Part shown: piece after piece, positions 41,470 to 54,830 of the stretch
Layout: every line of letters starts with the position of its first letter
Numbering within the stretch: position 1 is the stretch's first letter
Origin: Octopus vulgaris
Taxonomy: Eukaryota
DNA length: 64,000 bases
Assembly (NCBI GenBank): GCA_951406725.2
Contig: OX597826.1
Location: forward strand, 16,926,001 to 16,990,000
Direction of reading: 5' to 3'
Made by a program: the position numbers and the translations under genes
The notes under the pieces: model-generated
What the model was told of the DNA's origin: nothing
The model's input: only the letters and a program-made list of their open reading frames with translations
Database searches by the model: none

Positions 41470-42129
41470 AGTAGTAACGAAGGTAAAGCACGCCGGCTGA
41501 ATTCGCTTGGCACACATTGACCTTGAACTCTGCCCTACATGATCACTAACTTTTAACGTCCTAGCTCAGTTCCACTGGAATATATGCAACGTGTAATCGT
41601 TCCATTGACCATGAAAGAGGAAGTTGAGAAGAGAATCTGCATCAAATTTTGCCAAAATCTTGGCGATACTTGCTCAGAGGCCTACGCAAAATTTTCAAAA
41701 AGTGCTCATTCTTCTCGACACAATCAAGATCTTGTGCAACAATCAAGATCTTGCATGCACATCTGCGATGTTTTTCTCAGTCCACCTGGTTGAGGGTCTC
41801 CCAGAACGTTCATCAATATCTACATATTAGCCCATCTTAAAAACGTCTGAACCACTTGTACACTTGTGTGCGGCCCATACACTCCTATCCAAACACTTTC
41901 TTCTAGGTGTCGCTATGACAACTTTCTCTGTCATGCTCAATGCAACGATCATACGCTACACACCTTCCTTTCAAGCACTGCTGTAAACAGCAGAAGTGAG
42001 CTACAATGTTAAAACTTGGTGTGTGTGCATAGCAGAGGTCAAGATCAATGTGTGCTAAGCGACTTTACACTGCATGTTTTGCTTCGTTACTATGGTAACA
42101 ATTCGGATACTTATTGATCAGACCTCGTA
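41470..42129 (+). mobile_element. Internally deleted and rearranged mariner element
   Basis: Imperfect long TIRs (41471-41533 vs 42031-42094), right end ...GACCTCG-TA; MKEEVEKRICIKFCQNLGDTCSEAYAK on plus and ECMGRTQVYKWFRRF...ERSGRPST on minus. Confidence 0.8.
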
Positions 42130-42645
42130 TATATGTGTATATATTCATATATATATATATATATATATATATTCATACATACATAGAGACACGCGTATAC
42201 ACACACATACACACTCAAACAGACATATATACGTATATTATTGATGTGTTTGTGTGTATAAAGAGAGAGACAGGGAGCGATACAGACAATGAGATAATTT
42301 AGAGGGAAGGAAGGTGATCTGGCTATATGTCATACTTTAGTACACCTGCATTTATAAACGTAAATATTGAAAAATAGCTTCATAAGTTCGGTGATAAAAA
42401 GAAAAGATAGATAAGCAATCGGTAGCTTTTGGGATAATAAACATCAATAATTGGATAAACATGACAAGTTAATGTTGTAAAATATATTGCACTGTTACAG
42501 GAGCTGAATAAATTATTGGCATGCAGTTAATGTCATTTTGCAATCACCTAGTTTTCCAGATGAATTCGATAGACAGACAGACTTGTAGGAAGACAGGTAG
42601 ACAGGCATGCAAGCAAGCATAGAGGCATGTAGACAGAGAAACAGG

Positions 42646-42717
<72 letters not shown>

Positions 42718-42729
42718 CAGATAGATAGA

Positions 42730-42918
42730 TTTCTTTATTGGCCACGCTTTTTTGTCCCTTCTGTGTAAACACAGAAGGGACAAAATACAAAGTAGAGATT
42801 TTCTTTTGGGGAAGAAGAGAAGGGGAAAAAGGGGGCGAATTCCGATCAAAAGGGATTGTAAAAAAAATATGGGTAGGTGGAATTCCGATCAAAAGGATTC
42901 GTGTTTTTTTTTTCTTTA
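42730..42918 (-). mobile_element. Short LINE-like 3' end inserted in (GATA)n
   Basis: Minus strand ends AATAAAGAAA-TCTATCTATC; GATA tracts on both sides. Family (possibly Tx1-like) not established. Confidence 0.45.
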
Positions 42919-44392
42919 GATAGATAGATAGATAAATAACAATAGGTTACAAAACTAATTTAATGGATAACTCAGAATTATGAAGAGTTTGGTTTCAGTT
43001 GTAGTTTCTCTGCCATATTAATTGCGTATTTGAACACAGAAACCGTATTAGACCGGTCAAGACTTTATGGTAAATATTTGGAAAACAGCCATTGGTTTCT
43101 ATAATGAATAATATTTTATGAACACCATTTGCTTCCAAAACATCTTCGCATTTCCTCTATGAATAGCCAGCTGCAGGCATCATATTTCGCATCGTATTCA
43201 AAATTGCGTCTACATCCCAGAGATGCTATGGTCTTGGTTCTATTAGCTTTGGTTCATGTAGCAGTTGTAATAAGGGATTACTTTGGAACAAGAAGAATTT
43301 CAATATTTGTACTGATTAATCATTTGTATAAATATTCGTAACGTTTACTCTTTGTCTTCGCTCGACGTTTCATGTTCTCTCATTATGTAACATGAAATGG
43401 TTGGTTCACTTTGCTTTAGAATTCAATAATGTCTTTGATGACTGTTTTAATACCGCTATTACAAAGGATTAACCAATAGAATATTATGGCCTCATCAACT
43501 ACGAAATTGAATATAGTTAACTCTAACATGTCAACTGTAGTTTACTACGTTATTGTATCATATTAGTAGAGAGTTTAAAAAAATAGCACTACAATTCGTA
43601 TCATAATTTTAGATATATAATATACAATAACATCAGCTGAATTTATATCTAGTTTATATATAATTAATTAGAGTTCAAGAATGGAGACTAACACTGAATA
43701 TACTTTGTGATCCTAACTAATTTAAAAAAAAGTTTTGTGTTGTTCAAAATTACAGCTTAGAGAAACATCTTTGTATTATAATTGTTAATCTCTCAGCAAT
43801 TTCCCTTCGCGCGTAAGTGGAAGCAGAATATTGCAATCACTTTGTTTGTTTCAAATTTACTGGAAAACGGCCGAAAGGATTTTCGTCACATTTGGCAGAA
43901 ATACTCATTGTGTGAGTGGCTCGAAATGCTGAACATTTGGTTTGATTATCTTTAAAAATATATATATATATATTTTTAATCGAACTTAAATATTTCCCGA
44001 TAAGCAAGTGGTCACATTATTTTATTCACTTTATTTTTCATATGAATCGACCTTCATCTGCGTAGTATAGATTATGATGTACCTATGCTCGTAGACACGT
44101 GTGCATGCGTACATACATACATATATAGATATGCAACTCTGTGTGTGTGTGTGTGTGTGTGCATAGTGATGGATTCGAGGGTATCGTTTATTTACCAATT
44201 GATTTCTTAATTTCGCCGGAATATAAATCTCACTTTAACGGGCGTTATGTCCGTCTGTCTGTCTGTTCCCTTTTCACGGTCAAACGGCTGGACCAATGGT
44301 CACGATGATTTGGGGGGATTACGAAGGAAGTAATCAGGAAGGTTTTTAGCGTAAGCAATGTGAAAACGTATGATTATTTTGTGGATATTAAG

Positions 44393-44875
44393 GGTAATTG
44401 TTCAGTTTACCGGCGCCAAAAAGTAGATAAAAATTAAGGGGGATATAAGTAGTAAAAGAAGCAAAGGGAAGTAAGTCGACTTACTTTTAATCATACTGCA
44501 TACAAAGCTGATACAGCATCCAAATAGTGAACAAATATTTTATTCTTCTCCACTGAATTATGCCATAATAAATTCATGCAAATACGAAACAAGCAAAGCC
44601 TCTGAAGTGCTGAATTGAAGGCGTAATTTGCGTTTCTGATATTTTCCACATGTTTCCAATATTTTCTTCATGTGCAATCCCCTCGTGAGTGTATGCGCTA
44701 CCATATAAATTTCCAATATTATGGTACGATCGACAGCCATCACTTACTATGTGACTCCCTGGTAGAGTCCATCGTTGAATTAATGCTATCAAAGTTTGCC
44801 CTCTATTCTGCCGAAGACTCACACCCCTTAATTTTTAATTAGTTTTTTTTTTAGCCCGTAAACTGAACAATTACC
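44393..44875 (-). mobile_element. Merlin (IS1595/ISXO2-like) DNA transposon deletion derivative
   Basis: TIRs GGTAATTGTTCAGTTTAC...AAAAATTAAGGGG at both ends; 9-bp TSD GATATTAAG / GATATTGAG (8 of 9 match); transposase remnant NRGQTLIALIQRWTLPGSHIVSDGCRSY...NIGNMW...SYLHEF. Confidence 0.85.
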
Positions 44876-45057
44876 GATATTGAGATTTGTATAAATAAAT
44901 CACTTTTTTTTTTTTTTCTTTTGTCAAAATTCCAGTGACTAGGATTAACTCTGGATTCCACCACCCCCATATAGTTCGTGAATTAGAGAGTTTAGATTTG
45001 CGCCACTATCCTGTTATTTCCCATCGTAGATGGGCAGACTCCTAAAGATCCGCTTGC

Positions 45058-45234
45058 GCATTCACAGCAAACAAGGCACAAGGCCAGACTTTAAATCGTG
45101 TAGTGGTATTTTTACCCACTCCGATGTTTACACACGGCCAGTTATACGTTGCTATGAGTAGAGCAACGGACGCCAGTAATTTGAAAATTCGTGTCAACCA
45201 AACAGGATATATCATCTACATAGAAGTTTTGTAA
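45058..45234 (+). pseudogene. Helitron RepHel Pif1-type helicase C-terminal fragment
   Basis: AFTANKAQGQTLNRVVVFLPTPMFTHGQLYVAMSRA...IIYIEVL* (helicase motifs V/VI); not listed in the ORF track. Confidence 0.88.
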
Positions 45235-46113
45235 TCATATTGATATTATCGAACGGAATATGATTCATAATTTAAATAAGGAAATTTGTGAACTTCGAAT
45301 GTATAACAGTATAAACAATCGTAAAATAATGTAAACAACTAAAATAAAACTATATATAAATAACATTTCTTTTCTTAATACTTCTTAATACTTCTTATGG
45401 AAGGAAGCTCTAGCTTTCGTTAGGAGCGGTCCACATAACCATTCATGATACAAAGGCTGGGAGCCTATTTCAGTTTCGGGAGTAAATCGTCATCACATGT
45501 CACTTAGTCGCAAACAGATGTCATACAACTGCAAAAGAATGATGTATCACCAATAACAAAGTAATTTCTCTAAAACTTCAGCCAGTAATCGATCAACTCC
45601 ATTTACACATTTCTCAATACATACTGCTGTTATGACTTCCCTCCCTCATTTTATGCCTCTATCGTAGACGGATATATTTGCTGGTACCTATAATGGCGAT
45701 ACTTTAAAAAAATGATATTTCAGCTCAATTTGAAAGCCTGGGTAAGCAACACATTGTAAGTCACACTATAATTTGCGAACAAAATTTCTCTGCGCGCAGG
45801 GTATGCATCGCCCCTCCGATGGCTTTATTTTTCGTCTATTCTGTAATGAAACCTTAATTATGAGTGATTTAATGTCTTTGCCGATAAACAAACTAATTCT
45901 TGGGAACTATAATTTCCTTAAGCTTATTTTAAAGTTAGATTAACAGAGGCAATAAGCGTTTAATGTATAGAGAAGTATAATAGTTCAAATACAGTACAGA
46001 TTAGCTTTAGTTTTACGAACATATTTTAAAAAGGATTGGGTTAAGAGTGGATATCATTCGGTATTTATCTATACGTGTGGAGTTAAAAGGACAAAAAACT
46101 GTAAATGAAAATA

Positions 46114-46311
46114 TTTGATTTCAAACCTTGTAACAACAGTGGTAAGTTCCCGGTGGGAGAGATAAGTCGATTAAGTCGAATCCAGTACTCGACTGGTACT
46201 TATTTTAACGATTTCGAAAGGATGAATTTGAGCTCATAACGTAAAGACGGGTAAAATGCCGGTAAGCATTTGCCCGGCGTGCAAACGATTCTACCATCAC
46301 GCCGCTGCCTT
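46114..46311 (-). mobile_element. SINE family A
   Basis: Family A reverse complement; 14-bp TSD TGTAAATGAAAATA at 46100-46113 and 46312-46325. Confidence 0.85.
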
Positions 46312-46907
46312 TGTAAATGAAAATACATTTTATTAAGTTCAATGACCTGAGAATGGCTTTCGTTACTTATGCTTGAAGTCGATAGAGCTAGTGATATTCA
46401 TATATGTGAGACTATATAATTGATTGTACCTTCATCACTTTTGTAACGTTAATATTTAAAAACCAGACATTCAGTGATATATGCCACAATTCTTTTTATA
46501 TGGTCCGGAAATTAAATTAACTGAAAAGTTTTCAATTTTCACTCATAAATTGTTTGCCAATTTTACATCATTATGTAATGATTTTCTCTTATTATATTTT
46601 AGAATTAAAATAGGATAGAGTATTTTTCTGTAAGATTGAAGTCTAGCCAAATACTCTAATATAAGTCTCCCATAGTTTTCCATCAAATTAGATAATTTAA
46701 TCTTTCCTGTCTCCTGCGACAGACCAGCGTCCGGTCCAAGGGGCAATATATATGCAACAGAATTAGAGAAACCAGATTTACGAGGCTATGGATCGAGAAA
46801 GACCTTTCATCTTTTCCCTTTTCTTAATCTTCCGATGGAGAATATATTTTTATATTTAGAAGGAAAATGTTGAAGTATCGAAAACTATATACATATGCCT
46901 TTGTTAA

Positions 46908-46940
46908 CGAGGGCTCCGAGGGCTCCGAGGGCTCCGAGGG
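46908..46940. repeat. 9-bp tandem repeat (CGAGGGCTC) x3.5
   Basis: Directly visible. Confidence 0.9.
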
Positions 46941-46969
46941 GAAGTTCTCTATTAAGTATAGCTGTAAAT

Positions 46970-47175
46970 AGGTTTGCGAGCTGGTAGAAATCTTAACATA
47001 TTGGTCAAAATGCTTAGCGGAATTTCGTCTGTTTTTACATTCCACCCAGGTCCTCTTTGCCTTTCATCCTTTCAGGGTCGATCAAATAAGTACCGGTCGA
47101 GTGCAGAGATCGATGTAATCGACTTGCTCACTCCTCCGAAAATGCTGACCTTGTACCAAACTTTCAAGCCATTAA
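46970..47175 (+). mobile_element. SINE family A, internally deleted
   Basis: GCGAGCTGGTAGAAATC...CTTTGCCTTTCATCCTTTCAGGGTCGAT...AAGTACC. Confidence 0.75.
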
Positions 47176-49039
47176 TTATAGCTATAAATACATTCGTTGT
47201 TTCGAGTCCTGCATCACCAAACCAAACCAAACTAAACCTCAGTATTGCATTGCAATGTTATAGCATTTGGTTAATAACAAATACGAAAACAACGACGACG
47301 ATGAAGTTGATAATGTTATTTCAATGGTCAAAAGTGGCCAAGACATTGAGGTCAATGAAGATCACTATACAAACCTAAGTAATGGTTGTTTTATAATGTG
47401 TAAAAGAAGTCTATATAACTGATTACTTGAAACTGTGGATAACTTATATTAAGCCCATCCTGTATCCTGGAGAAAAATCTAATTCCAACCAAGTTTATCC
47501 CCTACTGTTAGCTAATGACCCCCTTTTACGTCTATGACACTTCAGGGGGGATCTTTAAGTGAGAAAATACATTCGCTCATTTGATTCACAATACATTAAT
47601 ACCAATTGAATAGAAGAGGCGCAGAAACGCTTCAAAGACTAATGACCATCTGCGCACGGTGAGGGATCTATCTGAGGAAACTCTGGTTTAGCTTTAAGAG
47701 GACTTACAGCATGGCCCCCATTCTCCGACTGTGAAGTCACTTTGAATATCTAGCATAGTTGAACATTCTCAAAATACTCAGTGCTCGTATGATGCATTAC
47801 AAAAAGAGCTTGATGCGGAACATGTAACCAATGAAAAGTGTAGCTGTTAAAGGAAATATCTCTTAGGGTGATTTGGCATTTGTTATCAGGCCTATATCGA
47901 TCTCAGTGACATGTAGAAAGGTCAAGATGTCTTAAAAAATAAGGAGAAATGTATTTTCTTTTAATCATCTATTTTCACAGATTACTGAATGATATAAATA
48001 TCATTCACACAGCAACTCAAAAAAGAGGAAAATATACATCAAAAACAGCGTCAATATGGTAAATATGTATTTAGATAGGTAACAATGGAGGTTGACATAT
48101 CAAAATGAGTAACTTTACTTTTGAAGTGTGGAAAAAGATAACACATTTTAGGGAATGTGTTAGAGCTTGATTACAATGGACACAATTAGTAAGACGTAGA
48201 AAAAGTTAATGATATTGTTCATTAGAAAAGAAATGAAGAGGTGAAAACATCATATTTAAAAAGCTTTAAGATTGTATTGAAGTCCAGATTCAATTGGAAA
48301 TATTTGATTAATGTGATCAGCACATGCTTTAAAATGCTAAAATAGCTAATTGGATGAAATACTAAATAGACGATCCATTAGTCTGAAAATTGGGAAAAAG
48401 CCCTAGCTGTGTATGGAGTGCTTCTTCCGAAAGCAAATGTCAGTTTTCATATGGAAGAGCATACGTCAGTAAATTACTGCAAATAATTAAGAGTTATTTA
48501 AACATGGTGTAAGGAAACATGAATGAATAAGAGCATGCAAAACACAAAATAAGATAAGACACACGAAAAATTGCAATTATATGGTCATTTCTACAGAGAC
48601 GCAAAAATGTGAATATTGTGGTTCAATGGGGGAATGGCTCCGAAGAAGAAACATTATTTGTTGCTGACTGCTCTACAAGTGTAATGAACAAGGGTATTAT
48701 TTCACGACTTTAGCGAACAAGTGTCACCTCAGTTAGCAGCGTAGGGAATGTATGCATCATAATGTAGCAGACTACAAACTTTTCGCTCCTTTATTAATGA
48801 TATTACACTTCAGATGAATTCTATAAATCTTTTGAATCTAAACGAACATGAATGAAAATTCCTGTAGGGTTTTGATACTTAGACAGGCATAATAATTGAA
48901 AAGAATTCAGCAGATATCCCTGATATGACACGAGGGAGGAATTACTTCATAAAGGACGCTGCATCAAATATTTCTACGAAAAGTATTGCAGACAAAGGAG
49001 TAAGAAATACTTCGAAATATGCTGAATTATAAGTATAAA

Positions 49040-50597
49040 TATCAAGGATGCGAGTGAGCTAAACATGAAAAGTTATCATCAAAACATTAGACATTGACGC
49101 TGAAAAGATTACAAAGGCGGAAACGCGTCAGGCTCTTACGATGACTCAGAACAGATAAGCACCAGGGTGTGATGAGCTACCAGTCGAACTTTTCAAGGTG
49201 AACAGGGATGTGACAGCACATGTGTTAACCAAATTGTACAGAAAAGCATGCACAGTGAAACAATACCGGACAAGAGGCAAAAAGTGATTATTGTCAAATT
49301 ACCAAAGAAACGCGACTTGAAGGAATACTGGAATCGAAGAAGAAGAATAATACTCCCTGTAATGAGTAATGTCATGGGAAAGTCATCATTGAGAGAATAT
49401 AGAGAGGAGTTGATCAGGGAAGAGTAGGTTGGATTCCGCAAGAAAAGAAGCATAACCGAGCAAATATTCATCCTCAGAAACATTTTAGAGCAACTCCAGG
49501 AGTGGAGAGAATATTGTATGTTTATTTCGTTGATGTTGAAAAGCCATCAACTGAGTCCACCGCCCAAAAAATGCAAAATAATGGCACCGTAAGGTGTTCA
49601 AGACAAGCTGACGATGATACAGTAAGCCACTTACGACAACTTCGAGGGTACAATAGTGGACGATGGTGATAAGATAAGATGGATAAAAGTTACAAGTGGA
49701 GTTAATCAGGGATATGTTATGTCAGGCTCCCTGTTTCTCGTGGCGATAGACTGGGTCAGACGAAGAACAACTGTAAGGCATGGGAATGGCATTCGATAGA
49801 ACCTCATGAGAACGCTCGAAGGACGCCACTTCACGGACGAAGTGGTGTATGCTATCATCCACCAACGAACACATCAAGAGCAATGTACACAGGCTGGCAG
49901 AGAATTATGACAGAATTGGTCTTAAATTGATCCCAGAAAGATGTAAAACACTAAGGATTAATGCCAGGCAACGAGCTCGTATGAGAACTGGTGATAACGT
50001 GGTGGAAGAGGAAGAATTGGCTTATCTCATGGCAACAATCAAGAAAGACGGAGAATATAAAGAACATAATGTCCAAAGCCAGGAAAGCATTCTACAATCT
50101 AACAAAATCTAACAAGAAGTAAAAGTATAGGCCGCAAAACGAAGCTGAAACTGTTCAAGACAATGGTCCGACCAGTATTATTCTACGGATGTGAAAAATG
50201 TTAAGTGGCAAAAAATGGAAGCGAAAACAATGGACAGCTTCCAGTTCACATGCTTGAGGAGAATTATCGACATTAGAGTCCAAAATTGCACAATTGAGAT
50301 TACAACATGCATCAACAAGGCCAGTGACGAACAAAGACGCAGATGCTGTTACTGAATCGGACATGTCCTCGAACAAGATCGAGAATGCGATTGTATTGTG
50401 ACACTAATATGACAGCCTGAAGGGAAAGAAGCAGCAGGGCGCGCTAAAACCACATGGTGAATGCCACTGACAAGGAGAGAATACGAGAAGGATGGATAAG
50501 CTGAAATGAGACCAGAATAGTGGCAGGAAACACAGCTGTTTGGAGAGATTGTGTTGCAGACTTATGTGGCTCATGCTACAGAGAGAACTAACTAATC
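49040..50597 (+). mobile_element. Degraded RTE-clade LINE (RT and 3' end)
   Basis: APGCDELPVELF, IIVKLPKKRDL, EE-VGFRKKRSITEQIFILRNILEQ, VTSGVNQGYVMSGSLFLVAIDWV, KLKLFKTMVRPVLFYGCE; (TAAC)n tail at ~50587-50596. May extend 5' towards 47440. Confidence 0.85.
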
Positions 50598-50787
50598 ATG
50601 TATAGTTCCACAGCTCTAGAAGAAAGGTAAGTTATCATAAGATCTAGAACGGTTGAACAAATGGTGAAACAATCTAGGACTCATATTCTTAGAATGGCAC
50701 TTATTGTCTAATATATTTTGTCAAATCCTGGCAGTTAATTGGAAGAAAAAACAATAAAACAAGTATTGTATAAATACCTTGTTCAAT

Positions 50788-50788
50788 A

Positions 50789-50863
<75 letters not shown>

Positions 50864-50889
50864 TAGCGGCAGCAGCAGCAGCAGCAGCA

Positions 50890-50950
<61 letters not shown>

Positions 50951-50985
50951 TAGTAGTAGTAGTAGTAGCAGCAGCAGCAGCAGAG
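50788..50985. repeat. (TAG/CAG)n microsatellite
   Basis: Directly visible. Confidence 0.95.
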
Positions 50986-53186
50986 CAACAACGCTTTATC
51001 GCAGATATTGCAAAATATTGAAAGAATATTCGTGGGCCAGTGACTTACATGGATAATGCATTATGATTAAAGAGAGCAATTACTCAACCAAGACCTTTGT
51101 AGGTGATAAATGAATCTATAAACCTATCCTTACACATGAGATAAGAATATTAGGCATTTTGAAACGCAAATCACAGAAGGATTCAAGCATCGCAGATTTT
51201 GTAATTATTATTACTGCTAACTGTTGGATGTCAGAAGTACTTTAATTGCATTAAAAAAATGTTGCATATCGTAAATTCTTTTTTACATTTCACTTTATCA
51301 TCTCTCCTAAACTAATTTTACGTTTCATCCTTCGGTGAAACAGGTACTACTTATTGCCAATATGATAAATCACCATTACTGTCTATATAAGTTCTTGCCC
51401 TAAATACCTGGCAAAAAATTGTGTTTAATTCACCTCTTAATTGCAGCTATGTCTAATGGGACGAAGCAGGGAATGCTTCTGGCAGAATAAAAATACTCAT
51501 TTTAAGGGAGCAATCTTAACTCTTCAGTAGTATGGATGCCATAGAAACGATTAGTTCATCGAAACATGATAGAAGTCTTTCTAATTGTTCCATCTTCAGA
51601 AAATTTTCAACATCCATTTTCCTAGCTTCGTCTATAAATCAAAAGCGATTGTTCATATATAAAAAAACCTTTTTCAAATAAGATTCTATTCTTGGAAATA
51701 TATTTTCTTCAATTTGTTTTTACTTGAAGAGAAAAGTTAATACATACATATTCGTTTCTAAAAACAGAAAATATTTATAGCCAATGTAAAACAGTGCTTT
51801 AATATATTTAGTGTTTCCATAGAAAAATCAAGATTTGTTCATAGTATTTCGAAAATATCTGTTATGAATTCTATATAACCATGTGATGTGGAGCATCTTG
51901 TTCAAAGACTGACTCAGTCATATATTTGCAGTAAGTTTGGAATCACTTACAATAATCATACGGGGACACACATTTAAAAAGATATCCACGTTAATTATAA
52001 TATTTTTAAAGGAAAATATTACGTGTTGCACATCACCCGATGGAATAAAGATTCGTTTATAATGTGAACGTGATGACTTTGACGAAGTATGAAAGAAAAC
52101 ACTAAGCACTCATTTAATGGGAACCGTTCCGCTTTTCAAAACTATAGGTAACATTTGATCACATGTCTTTTATGTTCGATCTTTGGCAATAACTATTAAT
52201 GCATAATCTGTAAATTTTAAGATCATTCTATTCTATTTCCCTATCTAAAGTCATTTCTCAAATTTATTTGATTGTGTACAGGTAATTACTGCCTACGTAT
52301 CCTTAACCGGTAAAAAGTCATAAAACAAGCAAATAGTCATTTGCGCATGTAATCATAAGAGCGTCACATAACTAATTCATACACCTTTCAAAGCATAAAA
52401 GTAATTAAATATGTATTTTACATTTACAATTTTCCTTTTATTTTGCTACATTTAACGAATTGCGTCGTTAATAACAGATGAATGCGTTTGATCTTACTCT
52501 TTAGAAAAGTGTACTCTCTATGTAGGTGCTTAATATTTCAAAAGTTCGATTTGAAATAATAGCAAATATAGAAAAAAGTTATGAAAATTGTTTAAAGAAA
52601 TTATAAATCAAATCTTCGTTGCACCATTTCACCTATGATTAATGGTTATCAGGTTAATTATATATAGGGAATATTTTTAGTACAACCTTCTGCCTAAGCT
52701 CATTAGAGATTAGTAAATATCCTGATTTCATCTTCAAAATATGTGTCATTTGATCTTGAAAAGTTTCTTCATTTTTCTTATTCTATCTAAATTTAATACT
52801 CATTGATGTTTGAGTCATTCCGTTTCATCGTGAAAATTAATTACCTAAAGTCAAGATAATTTTAGGAAAGGTGAGAAAGATATACCATTATGAATGCAAT
52901 GGATTCATTAATGGTAATTCTTATGCCCCTGGATAGATAAATATTACCAGGATTTGACTTAATCGTATATGTGGAGTAGATAAATATCATCAAAATCTGA
53001 TTACAATGAACAACTTCCAGTTAAATACTGAAGTGAAAATAAAATAGTTCAACTAGGAATCATAAGCTGTTATAAAATCAATTGAAGTAATTTTCATCAT
53101 TATTGAAATGATTTAAAATTTTGAAGCCATATGCACAATATATACACACACAAACACAAATACATACAACAATATATATATATATG

Positions 53187-53232
<46 letters not shown>

Positions 53233-53278
53233 CATACATACATTCATACATACATACATATATATATATGTATGTATG

Positions 53279-53340
<62 letters not shown>

Positions 53341-54291
53341 AATAAGCATAAAATAGAGAAAACTTTTAATCGACAAACAAACAAATTGACCAACTTCGGT
53401 TAATTACTTTTTAATAAAGAACATAACATAGCATTAGATAACATTTCTTACTGTCGTTTCGGCTGCCGATGTCAATCGGTGCTTACAAAGAAAATTCCGA
53501 AAATAATATTCGCCATCTTTATAGCACATTCGATCTAGTACTTGGAGTTTCATCAGAGTGAATACAAACACATAAAGTAAAATAAAATAAAGTGAAGAGG
53601 GAAAGGGTAACGACAGTGCCTCGAGAGGAAGCCAAAAGGCTCAAGATATTAGAATCGTACCATTTTGCAGTATGAAGCTTGAAGTCAATAGGCAAAAAAG
53701 TGAACTAGAAAATGAGCTAGAGAGCTAATTTATTGGTTATCTCTTTATATAGGGGTACCAGGGTGTATAATTAGTAGTAGGATAAAACTAGTGCTCAAGT
53801 AAAACAGGAATCGCCCATTTGTCTAGAAAGCTGAAAGTACTTACGATTTCGTAAATAGAGCTAATTAATATTTATCCAAAACCAAACCCTTAGAGTGTTT
53901 ATAATGGTGTACTTACTGTGTTAGTTTAGAAACCAAACATCTGTTGTTCGTAATTGAATTGACGAAGTTCAGATATCTCTACAATTGTTCAGTTATACTT
54001 ATACCAAGGGCAAGTTAAGACCGTTACAGGGGTGTCTAACTCTGTTCTTTCCTCTTCCCTTCGTTTATTTTGTTTTATGTATTTGTGATGAAGATCCATG
54101 TACTTGATCGAATGTGCTATAAAGATGGCGAATATTATTTTCGGAATTTTCTTGTAAGCACCGATTAACATCGGCAGCCGAAACGGTCGTAAAAAATTTA
54201 TGTAATCTTATGTTTTGTATTAAAAAATGAGTAACTGATGTTGGTCAGCTTGTTTGTCGATCAAACGTTTTCTCCATTTTCTGCTTGTTTA
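53341..54291. repeat. Diverged ~260-bp inverted repeat, probably an old Penelope-like fold-back insertion
   Basis: 53341-53610 vs 54040-54291 (core AAAATTCCGAAAATAATATTCGCCATCTTTATAGCACATTCGATC identical in reverse); degenerate CTGATGA...GAA and GCCGAAACG motifs; TA tracts on both sides. Confidence 0.7.
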
Positions 54292-54479
54292 CATTTAAAT
54301 TTCATTCCTGATAAACTTTTGTTTATTCAGTTATTACCTGTACCCTATGAGCATAGTGTGCTTGCATACCCATGCCCAGAATAGTACAGGTAAATGATAC
54401 AGGTAGTAAGAACGGATACTATTATGCCTTAGACGGTTATTCCAACCGCTAACTCTGCTTACCTTTGATATATCTTGTG

Positions 54480-54830
<351 letters not shown>

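Larger units (their letters stand above)
44230..45684 (+). mobile_element. Internally deleted Helitron
   Basis: 5'-type region GTCCGTCTGTCTGTCTGT...AACGGCTGGACC, Pif1 helicase C-terminal fragment, candidate CTGG-T 3' end at 45681-45685. Boundaries uncertain. Confidence 0.55.

Noticed and set aside
46908-46940. CRISPR-like or regulatory repeat
   Set aside because: Spacer-less 9-bp slippage repeat in eukaryotic DNA; no array or cas genes anywhere in the window.
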